Sequence record: PZ445429.1
DNA length: 64,000 nt
Origin: a phage
Direction: 5' to 3' (one strand)
This document shows, piece by piece, positions 20,519 through 30,297 of this stretch; the stretch's first letter is position 1, and each line of letters opens with the position of its first letter. A program made the translations under genes and the position numbers. The notes beneath the pieces were generated by a model. It saw only the letters and a list, made by a program, of their open reading frames with translations. It had not been told where the DNA came from and did no database searches.

Positions 20519-22557
20519 TGGCACTTAAAACTAAAATTATTGTACAGCAGATTCTGAACATAGATGACACTACAACTACTGCTAGTAAGTATCCTAAATA
20601 TACAGTAGTTTTAGGTAACTCTATCAGTTCTATTACTGCGGGTGAACTGACTGCGGCTGTGGAATCATCCGCAGCTTCAGCTGCTGCTGCAAAAGATTCT
20701 GAAATTGCAGCAAAATTATCTGAAACTAACGCTAGAGACTCAGAAAATAGAGCTGCTATTTACGCTGATTCTTCTGAAGCTTCTGCTACTCAAGCAGCTA
20801 CTTCTGCTACGGAATCTGAGAGACAAGCTGGATTATCTAAGGCTAGCGCTGAAGAATCCGCTGCATCTGCTACAGAAGCCGGCACACACAAAGATGCGGC
20901 TCAGTTAGCTGCTCAAAATGCTGAAAGAAGTAGAGAACTAGCCGAACAAGCTAAAACTGCTGCTCAACAAGCTCAAGTAGCCGCTGAAACTGCACAAACT
21001 GGTGCAGAAACTGCTAAAGAAGGAGCCGATGCTGCTGCAACAACTGCTGGTGAGCATGCTGCTGCTGCTAAGCAATCAGAACTAAACGCTAAGATTTCTG
21101 AAACTAATGCTGCTGGTTCTGCTACTGAAGCTGGCGATAAAGCTATCGATGCTACTACTGAGGCAGATCGTGCTAAAGCTGAGGCAGATCGTGCTACTCA
21201 GGTTGTTGATGGTAAACTTGATAAAGTAGATATTTCTGGTTTTATCAAAGTTTATAAGACGAAAGCAGAAGCTGATGCTGATGTTGCAAACCGTGTTCTA
21301 GACGAAAAGGTTCTAGTCTGGAATCAAACTGATTCAAAGTACGGTTGGTATAAAGTTGCTGGTACTGCTGAAGCTCCTGTCCTAGAGTTAGTAGAAACCG
21401 AGCAAAAACTCGTATCAATCAACAACGTTCATGCAGATGATGCAGGTAACGTACAGATTACACTTCCGGGTGGTAACCCTTCTCTATGGTTGGGTGAAGT
21501 TACTTGGTTCCCTTATAACAAGGATTCAGGTGTTGGTTACCCTGGTGTTCTACCTGCTGATGGCCGTGAAGTTCTTCGTGTAGACTATCCAGATACTTGG
21601 GAAGCTATTGAAGCTGGTCTGATTCCTTCTGTTTCAGAAGCTGAATGGCAAGCCGGTGCAACTCTCTACTTCTCCACTGGTGACGGTTCTACCACATTCC
21701 GCCTACCAGATATGATGCAAGGACAGGCATTCCGTGCACCAACTAAAGGCGAAGAAGATGCTGGTGCTATCAAGGAACAGATCCCCTATATCACTACTGT
21801 TAACGGAATCAGTCCTGCTGATGATACTGGTGCTATTAAGCTTCCTTACGTGGCAATGGTTAATGGTACTATTGTACCAGATGAGAATGGAAACCTTGCA
21901 TTAGGTAACGTTGTTACCAAAAATATATGGGATGGGGTTAATGGGGAAGTTCTGCTACGTGGTGCCTTTGGTTTGGGTGGTGCAGGTATTGCGCTAAATG
22001 AACCTAATTTAGTATCCTTCTTCAAGGCTATGCGTGCCTTTGGTTCTGGTTATTATCGTAATGATACAGGTACTGAGGGCCTACCATCATACTCCGCTGG
22101 ATTCTACTCTAAGACTGGTGATACGCACTCCTTTATCTGTCCACAGTACTCAAGTGGTATTGTTTTTGTTGGTACTATTAATGATAATGTACTTGATGGT
22201 GAATCACCTGTGGTACATACTAATATTCTTTATGGTACTGCAAATAAGCCTGATTTAAATAATGATACTCAAGGAATTCTTGGTATTAGTAAAGGTGGTA
22301 CAGGGGCGACGAATGCAGCAGGTGCAAGGGCTAACATAGAATTAGGAGAAACTAATACACCTAGCTTTGCCGAAGTTGCTGCTAGCTTATATAATGGATT
22401 CAATTCTGGTCTGTTATATATGAGGAATCACGATGCTTCTAGAAACTTAATTTCTTATTCCTCTATTTACAACGAACTTCAATCTGGTGTAGCGAAAACA
22501 ACAATAAGGACTACAAACTCAACCACCGATAAAACAGCCTTCTACCAGTTTGACTAA
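20518..22557 (+). CDS. Lateral (L-shaped) tail fibre protein, N-terminal part (LtfA-like), ending at an in-frame TAA
   Basis: Ala-rich heptad coiled-coil N-terminus typical of T5 pb1-type fibres; ends at TAA 22555-22557; the same frame continues open into the next ORF. Confidence 0.7.
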   Translation: MALKTKIIVQQILNIDDTTTTASKYPKYTVVLGNSISSITAGELTAAVESSAASAAAAKDSEIAAKLSETNARDSENRAAIYADSSEASATQAATSATESERQAGLSKASAEESAASATEAGTHKDAAQLAAQNAERSRELAEQAKTAAQQAQVAAETAQTGAETAKEGADAAATTAGEHAAAAKQSELNAKISETNAAGSATEAGDKAIDATTEADRAKAEADRATQVVDGKLDKVDISGFIKVYKTKAEADADVANRVLDEKVLVWNQTDSKYGWYKVAGTAEAPVLELVETEQKLVSINNVHADDAGNVQITLPGGNPSLWLGEVTWFPYNKDSGVGYPGVLPADGREVLRVDYPDTWEAIEAGLIPSVSEAEWQAGATLYFSTGDGSTTFRLPDMMQGQAFRAPTKGEEDAGAIKEQIPYITTVNGISPADDTGAIKLPYVAMVNGTIVPDENGNLALGNVVTKNIWDGVNGEVLLRGAFGLGGAGIALNEPNLVSFFKAMRAFGSGYYRNDTGTEGLPSYSAGFYSKTGDTHSFICPQYSSGIVFVGTINDNVLDGESPVVHTNILYGTANKPDLNNDTQGILGISKGGTGATNAAGARANIELGETNTPSFAEVAASLYNGFNSGLLYMRNHDASRNLISYSSIYNELQSGVAKTTIRTTNSTTDKTAFYQFD

Positions 22558-22611
22558 AATGGTCAATTTAGTGCTCAGAAAATAAAAATTGGTGCTAACT
22601 ACGCTTTTACA

Positions 22612-23580
22612 ATGGAAGGAGGTGAGCGAAACAATCTTGAGCTTTATGCCGGGGCTAGTGTTCCTTTGGATGATTGGGCTAACTTTACTAGGTATAACTG
22701 GTATAATGATATGTCAATATCCGGTGCTGTTAGATCTGGTTCAGACAAGATTAAATGTCATCGTTTAAGAGTTTATAGTCCTAGTATTGATGGGGCGGAC
22801 TTTGATTTCTATCCAACAGGCTACCATAAAGCGCGTGCATTTAATGCTGGCACTGTGGGTAACATTCATGGTTGGGGTATTGAGCAGTACGATAGTGGTA
22901 ATGGAATTCCATTCAATTCAGTGAGTACAACTAACAATAACGCATCATTCAGTCCGGTAGTCGCGGGAGGCACTTCAACTCCAAACGGTTATAACATACG
23001 TTTCGCAATTGGTATGTTGTCCCCGGGCGCCGCTGGATGGTCCAGGACAATACTCAAGCTGCTAGGTGATAACGATAAACATAGAGGATTTGAATTTAAC
23101 GTAGATGGTAGTTTAGGAACATGGGCAAACGCGCCCGGGGATATGTGGGGAGTTGGTTATGATTTTGCAAAAAACCCAACTTCAGACCGTGACTTAAAGA
23201 AAGAAATTATTTACACAGATGGAAAGGAAAGTTATGACCGTGTTATGCAGTGGTTGCCTACTATGTTTAAATATAAGTGGGGCGATACTCAACGTTATGG
23301 TCTTATAGCCCAGGATCTTGCAAAAATAGATCTTCAATATGTAAAAATCGTACCTGGCTCTCCAGTTTTTGAAGACGTAATTGGAGTTGACACGGATGGT
23401 AACGAATATGTGGATCGTCAAATTGAAACCGATAGAGCTGATGACACACTTGCTCTTGATAGTAACGTTATTCTAACGGATATGGCTTGTGCTATGGTGT
23501 ACATGGGTAATAAAATGAATACTTTAGAACAAGAGTTAGAACAACTCAAACAAGTTGTAGCTGCCTTAACTCCAGTATAA
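22612..23580 (+). CDS. Lateral tail fibre C-terminal part with intramolecular chaperone (peptidase S74-like) domain; same frame as upstream fibre ORF
   Basis: C-terminal chaperone signature (DRDLKKEIIY...YGLIAQDL...coiled coil QELEQLKQVVAALT); frame open from 22558; the annotated ATG at 22612 may not be the true start. Confidence 0.6.
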   Translation: MEGGERNNLELYAGASVPLDDWANFTRYNWYNDMSISGAVRSGSDKIKCHRLRVYSPSIDGADFDFYPTGYHKARAFNAGTVGNIHGWGIEQYDSGNGIPFNSVSTTNNNASFSPVVAGGTSTPNGYNIRFAIGMLSPGAAGWSRTILKLLGDNDKHRGFEFNVDGSLGTWANAPGDMWGVGYDFAKNPTSDRDLKKEIIYTDGKESYDRVMQWLPTMFKYKWGDTQRYGLIAQDLAKIDLQYVKIVPGSPVFEDVIGVDTDGNEYVDRQIETDRADDTLALDSNVILTDMACAMVYMGNKMNTLEQELEQLKQVVAALTPV

Positions 23581-23627
23581 AAAAAGTATAATAGGGGGCT
23601 TATGAAAGCCCCTATAAAGGTAATAAA

Positions 23628-25394
23628 ATGTCTAGACAATTAATGCCAAAAAGTGGGGCTATGGCCCCCTATGTTGTTGTTAACAGAGATGCGGCGGTTG
23701 CTGGTGTTTTCTCTGTTGATGGGGAGGCTGGTGCTGTTGTACTAACCTCTAAATATCTACAGCTTACAAAATATACTACTGATAAGACTGCTACTGACGC
23801 ATCTATTAATAGTATTAACGAATCAATAGGTAATATCAATACTGCTATTGGCGGTATTAACACTAACCTAGGTACGAAGGCGGCAAAAGGTGCTAATAAC
23901 GATATTACAGAATTAAACGCACTGACTAAGGCTATTACTATTGCTCAGGGTGGTACAGGTGCTAGCACCTTATTAGAGGCAAAAACAGCTTTACAAATAG
24001 ATCGTTTAAGACAGCAGGATAATGGTACCTTTATTACGTCTCCTGATGGAAAATATTCTTTATTCGTTTATAATAGCGGAGACTTTGGATTAATCAATAG
24101 TTCTACCGCTGCCGTCCAGGCCATGAAAGTGCAGTTCGGTGGAACAGGGGCTTCTGATGCTAAAACAGCAAGAAAAAATCTAGATGTTCCTGTAGGGGCT
24201 ACTGCTGTACCTATTCCTCCTAACAGTAATGTTCTTGGTTTTATTGGTGCTACCGGGCAAAGTGGTTACTACTCTTCAGGTAACCTAATTACCTTTGGTC
24301 CTCCAGTAGACGAGGATTGGTGGACTTTTAATTTTCACTGTCATAGTACAGATATTGATGGCTTCGCCCAATACGGTATATTGAAGGCGGTAGGAAAATC
24401 TGGAAGCTCATGGCTTACTATACTAAACGGTACTGGTAACTGGTTGCCGTGGCAAAAACAATTTAACGGTCAGTCTACCGTTCCTATTACAAATGGAGGG
24501 ACAGGAGCTACTACAGTGGCTAAGGCAAGAGAGAATCTCTTAGTAGACCAGGTAGATAGAGCGGGGGAACAATCAATGCTTTGGGCTCCGGATAAAGATA
24601 CCTATTTCTTTGTATATGCTGCAGGAGATTGGGGTGTCTACGATAAGTCTGCTGCTATTAGAAAACCTCTACCTATTGCTTCGGGAGGTACAGGAGGTAC
24701 AGATGTTAATACTGCCCGTAATAACTTATCTCTTGGCACACGTCAGCAAGTAATTTTCGACTCAGTATACCTGCCTGACTATAAAGGAGGGGATTGGTCG
24801 TATGGTTATGGTTGTAAAATTAATGGGGGTGCTCTATCTAGTTGGTCTTCTAGGCCTGTAGCTGTTAGCGTAGATGGTAACACTACTGATGTAGCTGTAG
24901 GTATTGCCAAAGTAACTATTCCTGGAAAGGGATACGCTTGTAACGTTGATGGTATCCTATGGGGGGATGGCACTTCTGAACTGGATATAATGACAGGTGC
25001 TTCCAGATTCTATTTCCATAGTGATGGGGGAGCTAGAGCATCTAACTGGATTAACGTTTCTGATATTAGAACTAAGTCTAATCTTACTAAGATCGAAGAT
25101 TCTCTAAGTAAGGTTAAGCTGTTATGCGGCTATACTTACCAGAAACGAACTAATATTGATGACCCTGAAAGCAAAGATTATTCTATGGAAGCAGGTATTA
25201 TTGCTCAGGATCTCCAGAAAGTATTACCTGAAGCTGTATACCAAGTAAGCCAAGACGGTTATCTTGGTGTTAGTTATGGTGGTGTTTCTGCTCTTCTAGT
25301 TAGCGCTGTTAACGAACTTAATGGGATTGTTGAGCAACAGAGGCAAGAAATTGATGAACTCAAGGAATTAGTAAAACAACTACTCACTAAGTAA
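23628..25394 (+). CDS. Second lateral tail fibre protein (LtfB-like, 588 aa) with C-terminal intramolecular chaperone domain
   Basis: Repeated GGTGA(T/S) fibre motifs; C-terminal chaperone signature (IRTKSNLTKIED...YSMEAGIIAQDL...EIDELKELVKQLL). Confidence 0.7.
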   Translation: MSRQLMPKSGAMAPYVVVNRDAAVAGVFSVDGEAGAVVLTSKYLQLTKYTTDKTATDASINSINESIGNINTAIGGINTNLGTKAAKGANNDITELNALTKAITIAQGGTGASTLLEAKTALQIDRLRQQDNGTFITSPDGKYSLFVYNSGDFGLINSSTAAVQAMKVQFGGTGASDAKTARKNLDVPVGATAVPIPPNSNVLGFIGATGQSGYYSSGNLITFGPPVDEDWWTFNFHCHSTDIDGFAQYGILKAVGKSGSSWLTILNGTGNWLPWQKQFNGQSTVPITNGGTGATTVAKARENLLVDQVDRAGEQSMLWAPDKDTYFFVYAAGDWGVYDKSAAIRKPLPIASGGTGGTDVNTARNNLSLGTRQQVIFDSVYLPDYKGGDWSYGYGCKINGGALSSWSSRPVAVSVDGNTTDVAVGIAKVTIPGKGYACNVDGILWGDGTSELDIMTGASRFYFHSDGGARASNWINVSDIRTKSNLTKIEDSLSKVKLLCGYTYQKRTNIDDPESKDYSMEAGIIAQDLQKVLPEAVYQVSQDGYLGVSYGGVSALLVSAVNELNGIVEQQRQEIDELKELVKQLLTK

Positions 25395-25395
25395 A

Positions 25396-25432
25396 AGAAA
25401 ACCCCAGTGGATTGTCCACTGGGGTTTATTAT
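25396..25432. terminator. Bidirectional terminator at the convergent junction of late (+) and early (-) blocks
   Basis: Perfect 10-bp stem ccccagtgga/tccactgggg with 2-nt loop, A-run on the left and T-run on the right. Confidence 0.8.
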
Positions 25433-25695
25433 TATCTACTTCCGGCAATAACACCTAAATTAAATACTGCTAACATAGCTCTGAGTGTAGGATCTTCAGA
25501 CTTACTACACAATTCGACAAAAGCGTCTTCATCCCAATGGATTACATTACCTTCACGGTCTACTTTAAGAACCACGTTATTCAGATTAGGTTCAGCAACT
25601 GCTACATGATAAGTATTTGACTGCTCAAAATTACCTACCATATTAAGATCTGAATAATTATTTACTTCCTGAGCTTCCAAAGCCGCCTTCTCCAC
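25432..25695 (-). CDS. Hypothetical protein (87 aa; possibly 70 aa from internal Met)
   Basis: ORF downstream of dut; overlaps the dut stop by 38 nt if the longest start is used. Confidence 0.4.
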   Translation of the reverse strand: MEKAALEAQEVNNYSDLNMVGNFEQSNTYHVAVAEPNLNNVVLKVDREGNVIHWDEDAFVELCSKSEDPTLRAMLAVFNLGVIAGSR

Positions 25696-26104
25696 GATCA
25701 GTCTCCTCTAGTTCGTCAACGATTTCAAAATGATGAGTTGAGTAGTGTGGTAGTACTACTAGCTGACAAAGTCTCTCGAAATTCTCCAGAGTTTGCATTT
25801 CAGAACCGTAGTTAAACAGGTTCATCTTAATAGTACCACGGTAGTCTGAGTCGATCACTCCTGCGGTATTTGCGATCATTAGTTTACGCTTACCTAAAGA
25901 GCTGCGAGGAACTACCAGACCAAACCAACCTCGCGGAATTTCCACCGCGACACCGGTGTCGATCATAAGGGATTTGCCTGGTGCAATAGCACGTAAATCT
26001 GCTGCAAGGTTAGTACCAAAGAATGCACGCAGATCCATACCTGCGGCATCATCAGAACCAATCTTCGGCATGCAATCTGGATGAGTTAGTTTAATTTTAA
26101 TCAT
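25658..26104 (-). CDS. dut: dUTP diphosphatase
   Basis: dUTPase motifs (AAGMDLRA, RSSLG, ANTAGVIDSDYRG, C-terminal GGFGSSG). Confidence 0.85.
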   Translation of the reverse strand: MIKIKLTHPDCMPKIGSDDAAGMDLRAFFGTNLAADLRAIAPGKSLMIDTGVAVEIPRGWFGLVVPRSSLGKRKLMIANTAGVIDSDYRGTIKMNLFNYGSEMQTLENFERLCQLVVLPHYSTHHFEIVDELEETDRGEGGFGSSGSK

Positions 26105-26976
26105 TGTCCTGCGATCTCCAAAATATCTTTCGTAAACTTATCTAATACGTCTTGACCCACAGCAGCAATAGCATCTACACAATAGGTCGGCAAATCAACC
26201 AGAATCAAGTTTCGGAAAAGCAACTCCTCCGATGCGTTCAGATTCTGTATATACTTCTGTTTTCCAGGCAGAGGGAGTTGATCAATAATATCCAGAACAT
26301 TACCAAATTCACGGATAATGTTATAACCACGTTTTGCACCAATGCCCTCAACACCACGGATGTTATCACCGAGATCTCCCATAATTGCTTTCAGAGAGAT
26401 AAATTGGTCAACATCATCAACGTTATGGTGTTCATACATATCACGAAGATGGTACTCACGACGTGTGGTGAAGGAGAAGCGAGAAACTCGATCAGTTAAT
26501 AGAGTATCCCAGTCACCATCAGTAGAGATCAGCCAAACGTGATCATATAAATGACCAATGAGCTTAACAATATAAGCTGCCATATCGTCTGCTTCTACAC
26601 CACGAATAGTGAAAGTTGGGAATGTGGTTTCACACAACTCGAAAGCATCACGAAGATACTCGAAGAACTGTTCATCTAGTGCTTTCTCTTCTTCTGTACG
26701 TTGAGCATACTTTTCATCACGGTTCCCTTTGTAATCAGGAAGATGCTCTAAACGGAATACAGACTTTCCTTTATCACCGAGAACGATTGTGGTTCTAGCT
26801 GAATAGGATTTTGCGAGAGATTGAATTGTAGAAACATAACTTGATGCGAATGGTTTCTTACTATTATTATGTTTGAAGCGGAAGCCCAAGTTAGTTCCAT
26901 CAACAATCATTAGGTTGCGACGAGAAGCCAGCTCAGCTTCTTCCTCTTCAATAAATTTTCCCCAGGATTTACTCAT
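26101..26976 (-). CDS. Flap endonuclease / 5'-3' exonuclease (T5 D15-like, 291 aa)
   Basis: N-terminal LMIVDGTNLGFR and acidic metal-binding clusters typical of FEN/5'-nuclease; 291 aa as in the T5 exonuclease. Confidence 0.85.
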   Translation of the reverse strand: MSKSWGKFIEEEEAELASRRNLMIVDGTNLGFRFKHNNSKKPFASSYVSTIQSLAKSYSARTTIVLGDKGKSVFRLEHLPDYKGNRDEKYAQRTEEEKALDEQFFEYLRDAFELCETTFPTFTIRGVEADDMAAYIVKLIGHLYDHVWLISTDGDWDTLLTDRVSRFSFTTRREYHLRDMYEHHNVDDVDQFISLKAIMGDLGDNIRGVEGIGAKRGYNIIREFGNVLDIIDQLPLPGKQKYIQNLNASEELLFRNLILVDLPTYCVDAIAAVGQDVLDKFTKDILEIAGQ

Positions 26977-27458
26977 TATTTAATTAAGTCCTCAACAGAT
27001 GCGTGATGTAACCACGGTTCGAATAACCCGATTACGATTTCCATGTCTTTCTTATTTAACACCATATGGGTGCGACTCATTAAGTTGTCAACCATCGGGT
27101 CTGAGCTATCCAAAGCAATTAACCACTGTCCTCTGTCTTTCTTGAATATTAAGGCTGGTTTGGAGTTCATCTGTTCACCTTCACGGGAACACTGCTGCCA
27201 CCACTTCTCTAGAGTGGATTCACCAACGTTAAATAAATTACTTGATATGTTATCATCTTTATACCACTTAACTTCGAAGCAGTATTTACTAATGTGTCCG
27301 CTTTGTGGTGGAAGGTAGATGTCACCCTTCAGTCCATGGCTCTGGCCAAAAGCACCAGAGCCTGGAACACGTTCCCACTCAAGACCTGTACGTTCACGCA
27401 GTATATCTCTTACCTGATATTCACCACGTTTACCTTTCTCTCTACTATCTACGGCCAT
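26976..27458 (-). CDS. PD-(D/E)xK nuclease-like protein (Holliday-junction-resolvase-like)
   Basis: Ordered E...D...EVK motif (GEYQV, GDIYL, FEVKW) reminiscent of Hjc-type resolvases; sits beside SbcCD-like genes. Confidence 0.45.
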   Translation of the reverse strand: MAVDSREKGKRGEYQVRDILRERTGLEWERVPGSGAFGQSHGLKGDIYLPPQSGHISKYCFEVKWYKDDNISSNLFNVGESTLEKWWQQCSREGEQMNSKPALIFKKDRGQWLIALDSSDPMVDNLMSRTHMVLNKKDMEIVIGLFEPWLHHASVEDLIK

Positions 27459-27461
27459 GTT

Positions 27462-29300
27462 TTATTCTAAGTAGGAAAATCCTTCTGCATCTTTTTTGAC
27501 AGTAATCTTATGGGCTAATGGATGCGTATGCCCATGAGAAACAATGATAGAGTTCAGACTATCTTCCTCATTTAATAGTTCAACAAGAGTATCAAGTCCT
27601 TTCGTATCAATAAAGCTAATAACTTCGTCAAGGAATAGAAGATTAATATTAACTTTGCTGATAGATGTTAACAGCATTCGAATTGCCAACAGAGTTGCTA
27701 GGTTAATTCTACTCTGCTGACCAGTAGAGCAGTTCTCCATACTGGTACGGTTTCCATCATTGAAGATTACTACTTGTAATTTAGTTTCATCAAGCTCAAA
27801 TCCAAGTGCGAACTTACCACCAGTCATAATAGAAAGATATTTATTAATCAATTCCTCAAATACTTTCACACTATGCTCTAGTTTATATCCTACCAGATTT
27901 TTCAATGCAGCTATCAGAATATCAAGATCAGCGACAGCTTCTGATACTCCATCCAGTTTGGACGTTATCTCAGACATTTCTGCCTCAGCTTTCTCAATCT
28001 GTTCTAGTTTCGCTTTATACTTTGCATTGGCTAACTCGACATTTGCATTATGCTCTTTGGCAATTGCAACTTTAGAACGTCCATCTGCGATTTCCTGTTC
28101 TAATTGTCGGATTTGCACCTGTAGGATTTGCACATTGAGTTCTTCAAAAGAAGCATCACTCATTGAATTTTTGAACTCGCCCCTAGCTGCTATTGCCTTA
28201 TCCAAAGCATCCTTAGCTCTAGTATACGCAGTGTACTCGACTTGTTCTTTCTTCAACTGCTCCAATGTAGCTTCAAGAGATTGTTTCTCTTTAAACAGAG
28301 GATCATATTCTGTTCTAGCCATATCCATTGCTTTTTGAGCAGCAGTTGTATCAAGATGCGTACCACAAGTAGGACATTCAGTATTTGAAGCCTCTTGCTT
28401 AAACTTCTGATAACGTTTCTTGACTTCTCCCGCACGTGAGGTAACAATCGTTAAGTCACGCGTAACACTTGAGATCTCTTCAGATTGGTCAGTGGGCGCA
28501 GGGAAATTTTTGAAAGGCTCGAAAGATTGTTCGGCAACTTGTACAGCTTTGTCCAAATTACGGAGTTTAGTAATATTAGCCTCTTGTGACTTGGCTAATG
28601 CCGCCTTAATTTTCGATTCAGTAAGTTCTTGTGCTAACGGTTCTTCATCAAATTCTGGAACTTCAACTGGCTCCTGTAAACTTCCGAGATTACCTTTTCC
28701 ATTGAGGATCTTCGTAATTACGGCCATCTGGCCTTGCAAGTTACTTAACGTACTTGCCACTTCTTTACGATCAGCCTTAATAGTTTCTGACATCTCTTTA
28801 TACTGTTCCTGATTGAACAGATTAACAAGAAAAGCTTTACGTGTTGCATCAGTTGCTTTGAGGAAGTCTAGATTGGAACCAACAGATTGATAGATTAGTT
28901 TAGTGAATGTTTGGAAGTCACCACCCATAATCTCTTCAATCATCTTGTACGTTTGAGTTGCTGTGTGTCCACTGATATCTTCTCCATTCTTAATCAGTGT
29001 AACCTTAGCAGTTGATTTAACTACTTTATGCAATTCATACTCATCTTCATCTTTCGAGAAGTAAGCATGCATATCATACTCTTTCTTCGGAGAACCCCAA
29101 GAGAATAGGGCGTCCTTCTTGATACCACGTGAGTTCTTGTTATAAAACAATTCCTCAATAACAGTAGCAATAGTAGACTTCCCTAGACCGTTTCCTCCGA
29201 TTAACTGAGTAACTGGATTCTTATCGAAATGAATTACGATATCCTTACCGTAAGACATAACGTTGCTGAATTTTAGTGTCTTAATTATAATCTTTGACAT
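27462..29300 (-). CDS. SbcC/Rad50-like recombination ATPase (T5 D13-like)
   Basis: Walker A GGNGLGKST; long coiled coil with CPTCGT zinc hook; C-terminal LLFLDEVISFIDT Walker B/D-loop. Start placed at ATG 29300 (MSKIIIK) rather than ORF-track 29375 to avoid a 95-nt overlap. Confidence 0.8.
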   Translation of the reverse strand: MSKIIIKTLKFSNVMSYGKDIVIHFDKNPVTQLIGGNGLGKSTIATVIEELFYNKNSRGIKKDALFSWGSPKKEYDMHAYFSKDEDEYELHKVVKSTAKVTLIKNGEDISGHTATQTYKMIEEIMGGDFQTFTKLIYQSVGSNLDFLKATDATRKAFLVNLFNQEQYKEMSETIKADRKEVASTLSNLQGQMAVITKILNGKGNLGSLQEPVEVPEFDEEPLAQELTESKIKAALAKSQEANITKLRNLDKAVQVAEQSFEPFKNFPAPTDQSEEISSVTRDLTIVTSRAGEVKKRYQKFKQEASNTECPTCGTHLDTTAAQKAMDMARTEYDPLFKEKQSLEATLEQLKKEQVEYTAYTRAKDALDKAIAARGEFKNSMSDASFEELNVQILQVQIRQLEQEIADGRSKVAIAKEHNANVELANAKYKAKLEQIEKAEAEMSEITSKLDGVSEAVADLDILIAALKNLVGYKLEHSVKVFEELINKYLSIMTGGKFALGFELDETKLQVVIFNDGNRTSMENCSTGQQSRINLATLLAIRMLLTSISKVNINLLFLDEVISFIDTKGLDTLVELLNEEDSLNSIIVSHGHTHPLAHKITVKKDAEGFSYLE

Positions 29301-30258
29301 ATTTAGCAGCTCTAGCCAAGATTCTATCAATGTCGTCTTGAGACAGCTTTTCAACTTCACGGAAGTAAAGCTCAAGCTCGCCTAACATATCAAGATCAAC
29401 AAGATTTAACTTAGCATCTTTAGTAACTCGATGGTTAATCTTTTTATCTAAGAGATCAGAATCTTTAATAGACTTTAACTGAACGACGTCACCAGTGACT
29501 TCATAAATTACACGGTCATAGTCACTAGGCTCCATTTCCTCACCAACTCCGATTGTTTTACGAATCAGTTGTGGTAAGTCACCAAGTTCAATCCATTCTA
29601 CTTTTAATGTGTCGGTATCAATGATAAAACAACCATTTGTACCTTTTGTTCGTTCTCTATGGAACGATGTAGTTAATGGAGATCCTGGATAAAGAAGTCT
29701 AGTAGAACCAACAGTTTGACTATTAGTATAAGAATGTAAATCGCCAGCAATTACAGTGTCATAACAGTTATACCTCGTTAGATCAATCTCTGGTTTTACA
29801 TGTGGAGGGATTTCACCACGAACATGCGTGAAACATAGTTTTGACTCAGATGGTTTCCACTTTGGTTTGTGGATTTCATCATAAGGGATAATATCAAATT
29901 CAGGAGAACGATATGGTTTAGTAATGACTTCCCAATTTCCGTTTGTTACTTTATTAATAACTCCTGCATAATGATACAGACATGAAATAGTTTTAGTTAA
30001 CATTTCATGGTTCCCAGTGAAGATCTTGCCTGAATGGTCAAGTCTTGACATGAACTGTTCAAGAAGTTCTATTTCTTCCGACGATGGGTCGGCAACATCA
30101 AGAATATCACCACCAGCAATATGCAGATCACAGTTATGATTATGGAATATGTCATTTAACCGTTCTCCTAGCATCAGGAAGCGACGTTTCTGCCATTCCT
30201 TTGGAACTTTATCTTGTCCTAATTTGATATGATGATCAGCACTAAATAGTATTCTCAT
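29281..30258 (-). CDS. SbcD/Mre11-like nuclease (T5 D12-like)
   Basis: Calcineurin-like phosphoesterase motifs (FSADHH, GDILD, GNHE); partner of SbcC-like gene. Confidence 0.8.
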   Translation of the reverse strand: MRILFSADHHIKLGQDKVPKEWQKRRFLMLGERLNDIFHNHNCDLHIAGGDILDVADPSSEEIELLEQFMSRLDHSGKIFTGNHEMLTKTISCLYHYAGVINKVTNGNWEVITKPYRSPEFDIIPYDEIHKPKWKPSESKLCFTHVRGEIPPHVKPEIDLTRYNCYDTVIAGDLHSYTNSQTVGSTRLLYPGSPLTTSFHRERTKGTNGCFIIDTDTLKVEWIELGDLPQLIRKTIGVGEEMEPSDYDRVIYEVTGDVVQLKSIKDSDLLDKKINHRVTKDAKLNLVDLDMLGELELYFREVEKLSQDDIDRILARAAKYVKDYN

Positions 30259-30297
30259 AAGTTAAAAAGAAAGGGAGCCGTAGCTCCCCTTGGTTTA

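Noticed and set aside
23581-23620. Hairpin between the two fibre genes as a terminator
   Set aside because: Imperfect stem and no U-tract; more likely an intergenic structure than an efficient terminator.
27760-28812. + strand ORFs (192 and 130 aa) inside the SbcC-like gene
   Set aside because: Antisense to a gene with clear Walker A/B and zinc-hook motifs; Ser/Ala/Cys-rich low-complexity translations.
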